The notes under the pieces: generated by a model
Databases searched by the model: none
What the model was told of the DNA's origin: nothing
Seen by the model: the letters and a program-made list of their open reading frames with translations, nothing else
Assembly: GCA_963725165.1 (NCBI GenBank)
Contig: CAVRXK010000007.1
Location: 33,025-97,024, forward strand
Direction of reading: 5' to 3'
Source of the DNA: an uncultured Solirubrobacterales bacterium
Lineage (GTDB): Bacteria; Actinomycetota; Thermoleophilia; Solirubrobacterales; Solirubrobacteraceae
Length of the DNA stretch: 64,000 nucleotides
Made by a program: the position numbers and the translations under genes
Shown here: in pieces, positions 38,978 to 49,976 of the stretch
How positions within the stretch are numbered: position 1 is the first letter of the stretch
Layout: each line of letters starts with the position of its first letter

Positions 38978-40349
38978 GGGTCTGTCTGATGAACGGTGGA
39001 TCTGGCTTGGTCTGAGCGAAGGGATGGACCATGACGGAGATAGTCGGTCTGACCGATCAGGGGGAGATGATCGGGTCTATGACTACAGATATCGTTGATC
39101 AGAAGCAGTTGGCTGAGCAGCTGTTGGAGCAGGCTAAGGAGCAGAACGTTGAGCTGGTCGGCCCGACGGGCTGTTGGGCCAGCTGACTAAGAACGTGCTG
39201 GAGACCGCGCTTGACGCGGAGATGAGCGAGCACCTCGGCTATGAGAAGCACGATCCGGCGGGCCGTAACAGCGGGAATTCGCGTAACGGGACACGCGCTA
39301 AGACGGTGCTGACGGAGATCGGTCCGGTCGAGATCGAGGTGCCGCGGGATACCGAGTCGACGTTCGAGCCGCGGATCGTCAAGAAGCGCCAGCGGCGGCT
39401 CACCGGTGTTGATGAGATCGTCCTATCGCTCACTGCGCGTGGGTTGACGACTGGGGAGATCGCTGCTCACTTCGGGGAGGTCTATGGCGCCCGGGTCTCC
39501 AAGGACACGATCAGCCGGATCACCGAGAAGGTCACGGGCGAGATGACTGAATGGTTGACCCGTCCGCTCGATCGCGTCTATCCCGTGATCTTCATCGACG
39601 CGATGGTCGTCAAGGTCCGCGACGGACAGGTCGCCAACAAGCCTGTCTATGTCGTGATTGGCGTTACCGTCAACGGTGAGCGCGACATCCTGGGGCTCTG
39701 GGCCGCGGTGATGGCGGGGAGGGCGCGAAGTTCTGGTTGAGCGTGTTCACCGAAATCAAGAACCGTGGCGTCGATGACGTCTGCATCGCTGTCTGTGACG
39801 GGCTGAAGGGTCTGCCCGAGGCGATCACGACGACGTGGGAGCTCGCGACCGTCCAGGCGTGCGTGATCCATCTGATCCGCAACACATTCCGGTTCGCCTC
39901 CCGCAAGTACTGGGATGAGATGAGCCGCGATCTCAGACCGGTCTACACCGCGCCGTCAGAGGCTGCCGCAAGAGAGCGTTTCGCGGAGTTCGACTCGAAG
40001 TGGGGCAAACAGTACCCGGCGATTAGCAAGCTGTGGGAGAACGCCTGGAGCGAGTTCATACCGTTCCTTGACTACGACGTTGAGATCCGGCGCGTGATCT
40101 GTTCCACGAACGCGATCGAGTCGCTCAACGCCCGCTACCGACGCGCCGTCAGAGCCCGAGGGCACTTCCCCAACGACACGGCGGCGCTGAAGTGCCTCTA
40201 CCTCGCCACCAGAGCACTGGACCCCACAGGCCGCGGCAGAGCACGCTGGGCGATGAGATGGAAGCCCGCCCTAAACGCGTTCGCGATAGCGTTCGAAGGA
40301 AGAATCAACTAAAACCACCAAGCGGATCCACCGTTAATCTGACACTCCC
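38978..40349 (+). mobile_element. IS256-family insertion sequence
   Basis: 25-bp imperfect IRs GGGTCTGTCTGATGAACGGTGGATC and GATCCACCGTTAATCTGACACTCCC (21/25). No flanking direct repeat seen. Confidence 0.85.
39031..40312 (+). CDS. IS256 (Mutator) transposase, two frameshifts
   Basis: NSRNG, VPRD, IFIDAMVVKVRDG, VCDGLKG, CVIHLIRN, STNAIESLN. Confidence 0.92.
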
Positions 40350-40555
40350 CCCATAGCCGCCGGGCAGCGTAGAAGGCGCTGCTGTCGGGCCGCAATCGTT
40401 GGCGCCGCCGCCGACGTCCCAGATCACCGAGGGGTGCGCGTGCCGCGTCTTGATCGGTGCCTGTGAGCGGTTGGCTTCAATATCACGACCTTCGGTGTGA
40501 GTGACGAAACGGCGGAGACCGCCAACCGCGACGGACGCTTACGGCCCGGTGGGGG

Positions 40556-41443
40556 CTAGGTTCGACATCGTAGGAGTTCGAGCGTGCTCGCCCAGAATCC
40601 GAGGGCGAGCCGTTCGATGTTGGCGGTGCTGGTCAGTGTCTGCTCGGCGGGTCGCCGCTGCTCGGCGAGCGCGAAGAAGAGGTCGCCGAGTCCTCGGCCG
40701 TGCATGACCTCGTCCAATCGCCGACGGTCGGTGAAGCGGCCGGGGAGCTGGGCGGCGCGGGTGACGCCCAGCTCGCGGTAGCGGCCTCGTCCGCCCTCGT
40801 GGGCGAACTTCTGCGCGACCAGGCCGGCGACGAGCTCGTGGTCGATCTCGGTGGGGTGCTCGCGGGCGATGTAGGCGAGGTCCACGAGGTGCTTTGGGAG
40901 GTCCTTCGAGCACCATCCGAGCAGCTTCTCGGCCGCCAGCTCGTTGAGGCTGAGGCCCTGAACCTTGAAGGTGTTGTGCTCGGCGAGTAGAGGGTCGTGG
41001 TAGTCCAGCGGCGAGCGGGGCGGGTCAAGCCACTCGCCGGGGCGTACCGAGACGCTGACCTTCAGCGGCCGGCTGCGGCGGATCACGATGTCATCGAACG
41101 TGAACTCGACGGTGCCGCGAAACTGCTCTCGGCCGGCCTGATAGGAGAACGCCGGCTCGAAGGTGATGCCTTGCGAGTCGCCGAGCAGCGCCTGCTCCAG
41201 TTCGGGGGCGCTCACGGTCTCGGCTTGGCGATGCAGATAGTCGGCGTCCTGGATCGACTGGCGCGGACTGCTGTAGACGTGCGTCAAAAGCGTTCCGCCC
41301 TTGAGCACGAAGTGCTCGCTGTAGGGACCCTGGGCGATGTGGCGCACCGCGGCGCTCTTGGCGACCATCAGCAGCAGCTGGTTGCGTACCAGCCCGGTGC
41401 GCTCCTCGGCGCGCGCAAGGAGATCCTGGCTGGTGACGCTCAC
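40556..41443 (-). CDS. AbiEii-family nucleotidyltransferase toxin
   Basis: FVLKGGTLL..VY..PRQSIQDAD, ELAAEKL, KHLVDL. GTG overlaps the antitoxin stop. Confidence 0.75.
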   Translation of the reverse strand: MSVTSQDLLARAEERTGLVRNQLLLMVAKSAAVRHIAQGPYSEHFVLKGGTLLTHVYSSPRQSIQDADYLHRQAETVSAPELEQALLGDSQGITFEPAFSYQAGREQFRGTVEFTFDDIVIRRSRPLKVSVSVRPGEWLDPPRSPLDYHDPLLAEHNTFKVQGLSLNELAAEKLLGWCSKDLPKHLVDLAYIAREHPTEIDHELVAGLVAQKFAHEGGRGRYRELGVTRAAQLPGRFTDRRRLDEVMHGRGLGDLFFALAEQRRPAEQTLTSTANIERLALGFWASTLELLRCRT

Positions 41444-42300
41444 TTCAGTTCCCGTGCAGAGCTGACGAGCGCGTCGTCTTCGTAAACCCGCCAGCGCGGG
41501 TCGACCTTGGCTCCCCGCCGAGGCGCTCGTCCCGGTTGCAGTGGCACGGCGGACTTGCGGCCCAGGTGCGCCTCCAAGCCTGCGGCGCCCGGAATGTTCA
41601 GCTTCTCCATGTAGTACCCCAGCCGGCGGTTGAGCACCGGGCCGCCCATCCTGATCGCGTAGGCCACCAGCCGTTCCGGGTCGAGCGTGCCGTGACGCGC
41701 GGCCTGGTCGAGGGCGGCGATCACGACCGGCATCGGTCCCGCCAGGGCGGGCGCGTCGAGCGAGTCCAGGAGCGTCTTCTCCAGGTCGGCGACCCATACC
41801 GGCGCCTGGTAGGACTCGCTTCGGGAAAAGCCGAAGAACTTGCGTTGCGCGACGCTCACGAACCGCACGGTCTGGGCCCCCAGGCGCACCGGGCGCTTAC
41901 GGACCGTCACCGCGCACAACACGGTGCGCGACTGCTGCTCGATCAACCCGTGATGCCACAGGCCCGTATGCCACGAGAGGTAGTAACTGTGATCCAGTCG
42001 TCTTAGCACGAGGTCCGCCACCGGCTCGAGATCGTCAAGACGCGGACGGGGGCTGAGCAAGCCAGGACGGTTGACGAGATACCGGCCCGCCTGCAGGCGG
42101 TGAGCCTCTCCCTTGGCGACCATCCGCCTCAACAGGCTTTCCACATCCGGCGGGTGCTGCCCGCGCGCGCTCGCGAACCGTGCCAGCTCCGGCCCGTCCA
42201 ACGAGAGATCGAAGGCGCTGCTCGCCTGCTCCTGATCGCGCTCGTCGAGCGAATCCAGGTAGCCGTAAAGAAGATCTCGCGCTGTCGCCGGCCTAGCCAT
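41440..42300 (-). CDS. AbiEi-family antitoxin/transcription regulator
   Basis: RLQAGRY, YYLSWHTGLWHHGLIEQ, KFFGF, ADLEKTLLD, RRLGY, VDPRWRV. Confidence 0.8.
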   Translation of the reverse strand: MARPATARDLLYGYLDSLDERDQEQASSAFDLSLDGPELARFASARGQHPPDVESLLRRMVAKGEAHRLQAGRYLVNRPGLLSPRPRLDDLEPVADLVLRRLDHSYYLSWHTGLWHHGLIEQQSRTVLCAVTVRKRPVRLGAQTVRFVSVAQRKFFGFSRSESYQAPVWVADLEKTLLDSLDAPALAGPMPVVIAALDQAARHGTLDPERLVAYAIRMGGPVLNRRLGYYMEKLNIPGAAGLEAHLGRKSAVPLQPGRAPRRGAKVDPRWRVYEDDALVSSARELK

Positions 42301-42540
42301 AACACCGGATATGTTACACGACTGGTCGCCCATACGTGCTACGTTTCAAGCGAAACTGCTGGGATGGGCTCGGCCCTCACTCGCGTATGATCGAGCAGCC
42401 GCGCTGACACATCGACCACTTTCCAGGGCGTCTCGGCACGCGCCCATGGACTCCACCACACCGACGGGCTCTGATACGTGCCGCCCAGTTTCGGGAGGAA
42501 ATTCCGGGAGGAAGCTCTGCCGAGCATCATCCCTAGAAAC

Positions 42541-42571
42541 ACGAAAACCCTGGGATTTCCAGGGCTTTCGT
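42541..42571 (-). terminator. Hairpin immediately 3' of the tRNA fragment
   Basis: ACGAAAACCCTGG-GATTT-CCAGGGCTTTCGT. Confidence 0.65.
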
Positions 42572-42575
42572 TGTA

Positions 42576-43996
<1,421 letters not shown>

Positions 43997-44201
43997 CACG
44001 TAGCTCCTGACCTACCGCACGCACTCCGGGAACGCAGCGCCGCCCGAGCCCGACATGCGCAGTGCCCGATCGTCTCCCTCAAGTATCTCCTGCGTAAAGG
44101 ACAAGACATGCAGTGCGTTGCAGGTGGTCGAATTCTTGCAGCAACCGCCAAAGCTCCTGCGTATAATACTTTCCTGCGAAATGATGGCAATGGAGCGATA
44201 A

Positions 44202-45248
44202 GTGCAGGAGGGAGCCTTGGCGATCGAGCGGGAGGCGACGCATCGCCTGCCGGAGATCCTTGCTGAGCTGCTGGGCGAGCCCACCCTGCGCTTCGAGGCG
44301 CCTTCCACAGCGGATGACGGGGTCGATCTCGTTGGTTACGACGGGCGCGGCCATCGCTGGGTCTTCCAGGTCAAGGTATCGAGCCAGCCCGGCCGCGTCG
44401 CCGACACGGCGAGGCGGATGCGCGACCTCCGACGTGACGACACGATCCCGATCCTCGTGGTGCCATACATGACTCCCGCGGGAGCCCGCGCGGCGGAGAA
44501 GATGGGACTCGGCTGGATCGACCTGTCCGGCAACGCCCGCATCCGCAGCGACGATCTGTACGTGCGGGTCGAGGGTCGCCCAAACCAGTTTCGCTCGCGA
44601 GGCCGGCCATCATCCCCGTTCGCACCCAAGAGCGCGCGTGTGACTCGGATTCTGCTCGAGGATCCTGTCCGGTGGTGGCGCCAGAAGGAGCTCGTGGCGG
44701 CTACCGGTCTCGATGACGGCAGCGTCTCGCGCATCGTGCGACGACTCGACGAAGAGCTGCTGCTAGAGCGCCGCGAGCGCGAGCTGCGCCCACGCGACCC
44801 CGACCGCCTGCTGGACGCCTGGGCACAGGACTACCGCTTCACCCACCACGACATCCTCACCGGCCACATCAGCGGCAACGGGATCGAGCTCGCGCACGAC
44901 CTTGCACAACGCCTTGACGCGCTCGACCTCCGCCACGCATTCACCGGACTCCCAGCCGCGTGGGCGATCGACCACTTCGCCCGCTTTCGCCTCACCACTG
45001 TCTACCTCGAGGGCGATCCCCGCGACACCGCCAAGCGCCTAGAGCTACGCCAGAGCTCTGCGGGCGCCAACGTGCAACTCGTCGGACCGGACGACCTCGG
45101 CGTCTTCATTGGCGAGCACCCCCATGATGGGCTCAACTGTGTCTCCCCATCACAGGTCTACCTCGACCTGCTGCACCTCCCCGAGCGCGCGCCCGAGGCC
45201 GCCGAGCACCTACGCCATCACCATCTGCACTATGCCCCCGTCGGATAA
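44202..45248 (+). CDS. AbiEi-like antitoxin (AbiEi_2-type) with N-terminal restriction-fold-like region and central wHTH
   Basis: GVDL...FQVK, VPYMT, GWIDLSGNA, QKELVAATGLDDGSVSR, LLDAW, GANV, SPSQVYLDL..PERAPEAAEHL. Confidence 0.7.
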   Translation: MQEGALAIEREATHRLPEILAELLGEPTLRFEAPSTADDGVDLVGYDGRGHRWVFQVKVSSQPGRVADTARRMRDLRRDDTIPILVVPYMTPAGARAAEKMGLGWIDLSGNARIRSDDLYVRVEGRPNQFRSRGRPSSPFAPKSARVTRILLEDPVRWWRQKELVAATGLDDGSVSRIVRRLDEELLLERRERELRPRDPDRLLDAWAQDYRFTHHDILTGHISGNGIELAHDLAQRLDALDLRHAFTGLPAAWAIDHFARFRLTTVYLEGDPRDTAKRLELRQSSAGANVQLVGPDDLGVFIGEHPHDGLNCVSPSQVYLDLLHLPERAPEAAEHLRHHHLHYAPVG

Positions 45249-46113
45249 GCCCCGACACCACAGCGGCTATCAGCGCGAGGAAACCGTGCTGGTCGAAGCC
45301 GCCTGCCTGACGGTGGCCGTGACCCTCGGCGCGATCATGGACCGGCTGTGCATCGTCGGGGGGCTCGCCCCCAGCTTGCTCATCGATCGCCAGGCCGACG
45401 CCGATCCCACAGACGAGGCCGGACATGCCGGCACCAATGACCTCGACGTCGGTCTCGCCGTCGCACTGTTCGACGAACAGCAATACAGCGAGATCGCCAG
45501 ACGCCTACGCCAAGAGGACTTCGAACCGGACGTCAACGACCGCGGCAACCCCACACCCCAGCGTTGGCGACTCGGCGAGCTCAACGTCACCATCGACTTC
45601 CTCATGCCCCCCATTCCGGGCGCCGAACAGGGCGGCAGCGTGCAGCCGCTCGAGGACGACTTCGGCGCCCTGATCGCCCCCGGCCTGGAACTCGCCTTCC
45701 AAGAGCGCGAGCTGATCCAGATCGACGGCCACACCCTCACGGGCGAGCAGGTCAGCCGCATCATCCCAGTCTGCGGACCCGGCGCCCTGATCGTGCTCAA
45801 GGCCCTCGCTCTCGCCGACCGCGGCGAGCCTAAGGACGCCTACGACATCGTCTACGTGCTGCGCCACTGGCCACACGGCATCACCGACATCGCCGACCGT
45901 ATCGCCCGCCACGCGACCGATCACAGCGAGGTGGTCGAGCGCGCACTCAAGTCACTCGCCAGCGACTTCGCCGAGCCCGACAGCCTCGGCCCCCGCCGCG
46001 CAGCGCAATTCGAGAGCATCGGGGACCTCGACCCGGCAGCGACAGCCGATGCCCACGGGTACGTCGACGACCTCCTGCGCGCCTGCCGCGAACGCGGATT
46101 GTCCGCCAGGTAG
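45232..46113 (+). CDS. Nucleotidyltransferase-superfamily toxin partner
   Basis: CIVGGLAP, HAGTNDLDV, IDFL, LKALA..DR..PKDAYD. Overlaps the upstream gene. Confidence 0.7.
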   Translation: MPPSDKPRHHSGYQREETVLVEAACLTVAVTLGAIMDRLCIVGGLAPSLLIDRQADADPTDEAGHAGTNDLDVGLAVALFDEQQYSEIARRLRQEDFEPDVNDRGNPTPQRWRLGELNVTIDFLMPPIPGAEQGGSVQPLEDDFGALIAPGLELAFQERELIQIDGHTLTGEQVSRIIPVCGPGALIVLKALALADRGEPKDAYDIVYVLRHWPHGITDIADRIARHATDHSEVVERALKSLASDFAEPDSLGPRRAAQFESIGDLDPAATADAHGYVDDLLRACRERGLSAR

Positions 46114-46261
46114 CTCCGACGGAAGTGCACAACTCCCATCAATAGCCCCACCCCGGCTCTTTTGGCCGCCAGGTTGCTGGCCGTATCCGACGCGGCCCGT
46201 TCAGTCCAATTGATCGTCTTGGTCGCTGGGAACAGGCTGCCCTACTCGGAGCGAACGCCTC

Positions 46262-46430
46262 GCATGGGCTGACTTCCACACGTTCCGACACACGGTTGCC
46301 TCGCGTCTTTTTCGCGGACGGCCGAAACATCGTGCAGGTCCAGCACTGGCTCGGCCACCACTCCCCGAGCTTCACGCTCGACACCTACGTGCACCTCCTC
46401 GACGGGAACCTCGGGGCGCCATTGGCGGCC
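46262..46430 (+). pseudogene. Integrase C-terminal remnant
   Basis: WADFHTFRHTVASR..ADGRNIVQVQHWLGHHSPSFTLDTYVHLLD, closely matching the C-terminus of the 42611-43996 integrase but on the opposite strand. Confidence 0.85.
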
Positions 46431-46471
46431 ACTCCAAGGACGAGTAACAGCGTCGAGCGGCGCGTACTGGT

Positions 46472-46915
46472 GTGGAGGTCTCGGCTGCGGGCGCGATACT
46501 CGAGGACGAGCGCGAGGCAAACATCGCGTGGTTTCTAATGCAGTTCGGCGACTGGGCAGCCAATGATCCGCAGATGCGGTTCAAGGACGGTGTACCGCGG
46601 GCGATCGAAATCAGCGTCTCCCCGCCGCCGGAGAACCTCGAGCTAGTCGAGCAGCAGGGGTTCACCGGCATCGGCATGCTCAGCTCGCTGTATTCGAGTC
46701 TGTATAACGAGATGACCTTGACCCCGGACGGCGAGGTGCGGAGCTTCGACACGAGCCCGATCCGGGCGAGCTCGCGGCGCTCATTCCGGACCACTATTGG
46801 GATCGCAAGGACCGGGCGCTGTCGCTCTGGCGATTGCATATCGAGCCGCCAGCGGGCGCGTAGCCAGCGAGATCGGTCCGGCGGGGCCGCCCCAACGTTG
46901 ATCGGTGCGGCGTGA
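46472..46915 (+). CDS. Hypothetical protein or gene fragment
   Basis: Coding-like codon usage to about 46760; no recognised motif. Confidence 0.35.
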   Translation: MEVSAAGAILEDEREANIAWFLMQFGDWAANDPQMRFKDGVPRAIEISVSPPPENLELVEQQGFTGIGMLSSLYSSLYNEMTLTPDGEVRSFDTSPIRASSRRSFRTTIGIARTGRCRSGDCISSRQRARSQRDRSGGAAPTLIGAA

Positions 46916-46929
46916 GACGATCAGTTGGC

Positions 46930-48288
46930 ATGGATGAAATCGTCGAGCACAGCTATTGGTGGGTGCCAGGGAGCCCGGATACGAGGGTGCATGGTGCGCT
47001 TAGCTTCGATCCGGTCGATGGGGCTAGCCTGACGTTGCTCGATCCGCTGCCCGAGGTGCGCGCGAGCCGCTTCAACGCGCCGACACTGCTCGGCGAGACG
47101 TTCGATGGCAGCCCGCTGATGCTCCTGCACCCGTTCGTGACCGGCACCTCTGACCGGACCACGCCGACAGAGTGGCGCAGTCGCTCGACGATCGTCTCCT
47201 CGACTGTGCTGCAGGGCTATCACCTCGAGAACCCGGACGCCCCCATCGTCAGCCGAGCGATTTTGCGGTTCGCCGGGCTGCGCGACGTCTGCCTCCAGAA
47301 GTGGCCGAACGACAAAGACGAGTGGGTGCCGTTCATCGGCCCAGGACTCCTTGCTAAGCAGGCCGAGTTCGACGGCGGTGTGGTCCTGTTCCGCCAGTGC
47401 GAGGAGAAGGCCTCCGACCGGTATTCCGAGTCCTCCGAGATCGATATCGAAGCTGATCTCGCCGTCGAGGAGTCACTATCGATCGCCGACTTCGATGAGC
47501 GGTGGATCGCCCCGCTGGAGACGCTGGTCGTGCTGACTGCGCACGGCCCGACACAGCTGCGGCGGTTCACGATCGTTGTCAGCGATGAGCACGGCGCCGA
47601 GACGAATGTCGAGGTCGACACGCGCCTTCCCGCACTCGCACCCAGGCCGCCGGCCGAGTACAGGCCGCTGGTCCGGCTAGCGACACTGGGCGATGATGCG
47701 CTGCCGTTCATCGGTCGCTGGTGGCGGCTGTATCGAGACCTCGGTCCGGCAGCCGACTATCTCAACGCTGCGCTGGCGGGTGACATGCACCTCGAGCAGA
47801 AGCTACTCGCGGGCATGAGCTTCGTGGAGAGCTACCACCGTAAGTTGCACGACCAGCCGGTGCTGCCCGCAGACGAGCACAAACTGAACGTCGCCGCGAT
47901 GCTCAACGCGCTGCCGGATCAGGGCCGCCGGGAGCGCTACCAGGCGCTACTTCAGCTCGGCGTGCAGCAAAGCGCGTGTGAGCGACTGCAGTTCCTGATC
48001 GACCGCACAAGGGAGACGCTGCCCGACGTGCCAGGGCTCGACGCGACGCTCGCCCGGGACCTCGTCAAGACCAGGAACGCGATTGCGCACCTCGATCGAT
48101 CGATCTCGAAGGCGCTCGACGGCGTGAACCTGATCTACGCGGTCGCGCGGCTACGGCTCGTGATCCAGGTCAACCTTCTAATCGACGTCGGTATCGAGCG
48201 CGACCTAACGGGCTCGCTCGTTCTCACCTGCTACGACCGGCGGATGCCGATCGTCGACTACCGTGAGCAGGAGCCACCCGCCTCCTGA
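46930..48288 (+). CDS. ApeA-like protein (ApeA N-terminal domain + HEPN)
   Basis: N-terminal WWVP..P..VHGAL.F, then ESYHR, L.ERL..L and C-terminal HEPN RNAIAH (RxxxxH). Confidence 0.75.
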   Translation: MDEIVEHSYWWVPGSPDTRVHGALSFDPVDGASLTLLDPLPEVRASRFNAPTLLGETFDGSPLMLLHPFVTGTSDRTTPTEWRSRSTIVSSTVLQGYHLENPDAPIVSRAILRFAGLRDVCLQKWPNDKDEWVPFIGPGLLAKQAEFDGGVVLFRQCEEKASDRYSESSEIDIEADLAVEESLSIADFDERWIAPLETLVVLTAHGPTQLRRFTIVVSDEHGAETNVEVDTRLPALAPRPPAEYRPLVRLATLGDDALPFIGRWWRLYRDLGPAADYLNAALAGDMHLEQKLLAGMSFVESYHRKLHDQPVLPADEHKLNVAAMLNALPDQGRRERYQALLQLGVQQSACERLQFLIDRTRETLPDVPGLDATLARDLVKTRNAIAHLDRSISKALDGVNLIYAVARLRLVIQVNLLIDVGIERDLTGSLVLTCYDRRMPIVDYREQEPPAS

Positions 48289-48384
48289 GCGGCATGCTGG
48301 CCAGCTACCTTGGTGCGATCCGCTGAGGGCACTAGGTATCCGCGCCGAGGCGTTTCTTCGATGGGTGCCTTAACGGGACTTCGG

Positions 48385-48570
48385 CCGGGTCGGCTACCTC
48401 GATCGAAACCGGCAGGTCGCGCTTGGCGTTGCGAGACTTCAAGGCGCTCCATACTCTCTTGCGACCGTCGCCGAGGCTCTGCAGGTCGGCTTCGATGTCG
48501 AGTTCCCACTGCTGCCGGCCACGCTGCATCCAGTTAAGGTTCGCTGTGATACCGGTTGCGCACGTGAACG
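48385..48570 (-). pseudogene. Integrase mid-section remnant
   Basis: LKSRNAKRDLPVSIEVAD versus LKSRYAKRDLPIPIEVAD in the intact integrase, with a near-identical DNA stretch. Confidence 0.7.
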
Positions 48571-48959
48571 TGGCGATCCGTAATCCGCCGCTCTTGGTGT
48601 AGGTAGCCAAGTCCGATGTGCGCCGTCCCTGTGCTGCGTATCGTCCAAGTCGATGGCTAGGACTACAGAGCCCGCGAGGCCGGTCAGGATGGCCTCGCCG
48701 GCGATTCAGGCGTCTGGCTCTGCTGAGGCGATTGCAGCGCAGGGCCACTCGCGTGGTCGGAGGCACGGGCGAGAACTTCTAGCAACGGTGCGGCGTGATG
48801 ACCCAACGATCGAGGCCGACATCGTGCGTAAGTTGTACGGCGACCCAGCCTCTCGCCGGTTTGCTCATCACACACGCAGCCAGCACCATCCGTGAGCCAC
48901 CAGAGAGCGTCTACTCGCAGAGTTGTTATCTACCACGTCGGTAATGAACGGACGGCGAC

Positions 48960-49976
48960 GTGAGCGCCGAATCCCTTCGACCCAAGGTGGCGGTGTTCGC
49001 GCCGCACCCGTTGCTCACCGTGACGCTCGAGCTGGAGGGAACCGACCGCCAGCAGATCCACTTCCATGCGGGTGGTCAGGGGCCGTGGGTCGCGCGGATG
49101 GTTGCCCAGCTAGGTGCGGCACCCATACTGTGCGGACTGATCGGTGGTGAGAGCGGCGGACTGCTCAGAGGACTTCTAGAGCAGGCGATCGACCCCGGAG
49201 AGTTGCGCTTGGTGGAGAGTTCTGCGGCGAGTGGGTGTTACGTCACCGATCGCCGCGACGGTAGCCGCAAATTGGTCGCAATAACGCTCAGCGATCCGCC
49301 TTCGCGTCACGAGCTCGATGAGCTGTTCTCGCTCACGTGTGCCGAGGCGGTTTCGTGCGGCTGGCTGATCGTGACCAACTCGATGCCTGCGAGCGCGCTG
49401 CCGCTTGAGGTCTATGGCGATCTCGTCGCTGATGCGAAAGCCAACGGCTGCAAGACGCTTGTGGATCTGTCCTCGCCGCGCATGGACAGCGCGCTGCGCG
49501 GCAAACCCGATGTGGCGAAGCTCAACGATTGGGAGCTCGCCGAGCTAGTGTGCGGACCGGTTTCAGAGCCGGCACAACTGCTCGCGGCGGCGCAGCGCCT
49601 TCGCGATGACGGAAGCGGCGGCGGCGCCAATGTCGCGATTGTCACGCGCGGCGAGCAGCCCGCACTCGTGGTGGACGAGAGCGGTGCCCGGTGGCTCACG
49701 CCACCGTGCTTTGAGCACGGCTACCGCGAGGGTTGCGGGGACTCGATGATGGGCGCGCTCACGGCTGCATGGGCGTGCGGAGCGAGCTTGGAACGTGCAC
49801 TCGCGGTGGGCGCCGCGGCGGGTGCCGCCAACTTCCTGCGCCACGGTCTCGGTAGCGCCTCGCGCGAGGTGGTGGAGCGACTCGTGGACAACGTGAAATT
49901 GGAGTCGTTGGTTGGAGAGGCAGATCACCAGGGGATCGCAACCGGTTCTCCAACGAGGATTGCACGCGGTGCTTGA
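48960..49976 (+). CDS. 1-phosphofructokinase-family (PfkB) hexose kinase
   Basis: HAGGQGPWVARM, KLNDWEL, VTRG, GCGDSMMGA, AAGAAN. Confidence 0.82.
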   Translation: MSAESLRPKVAVFAPHPLLTVTLELEGTDRQQIHFHAGGQGPWVARMVAQLGAAPILCGLIGGESGGLLRGLLEQAIDPGELRLVESSAASGCYVTDRRDGSRKLVAITLSDPPSRHELDELFSLTCAEAVSCGWLIVTNSMPASALPLEVYGDLVADAKANGCKTLVDLSSPRMDSALRGKPDVAKLNDWELAELVCGPVSEPAQLLAAAQRLRDDGSGGGANVAIVTRGEQPALVVDESGARWLTPPCFEHGYREGCGDSMMGALTAAWACGASLERALAVGAAAGAANFLRHGLGSASREVVERLVDNVKLESLVGEADHQGIATGSPTRIARGA

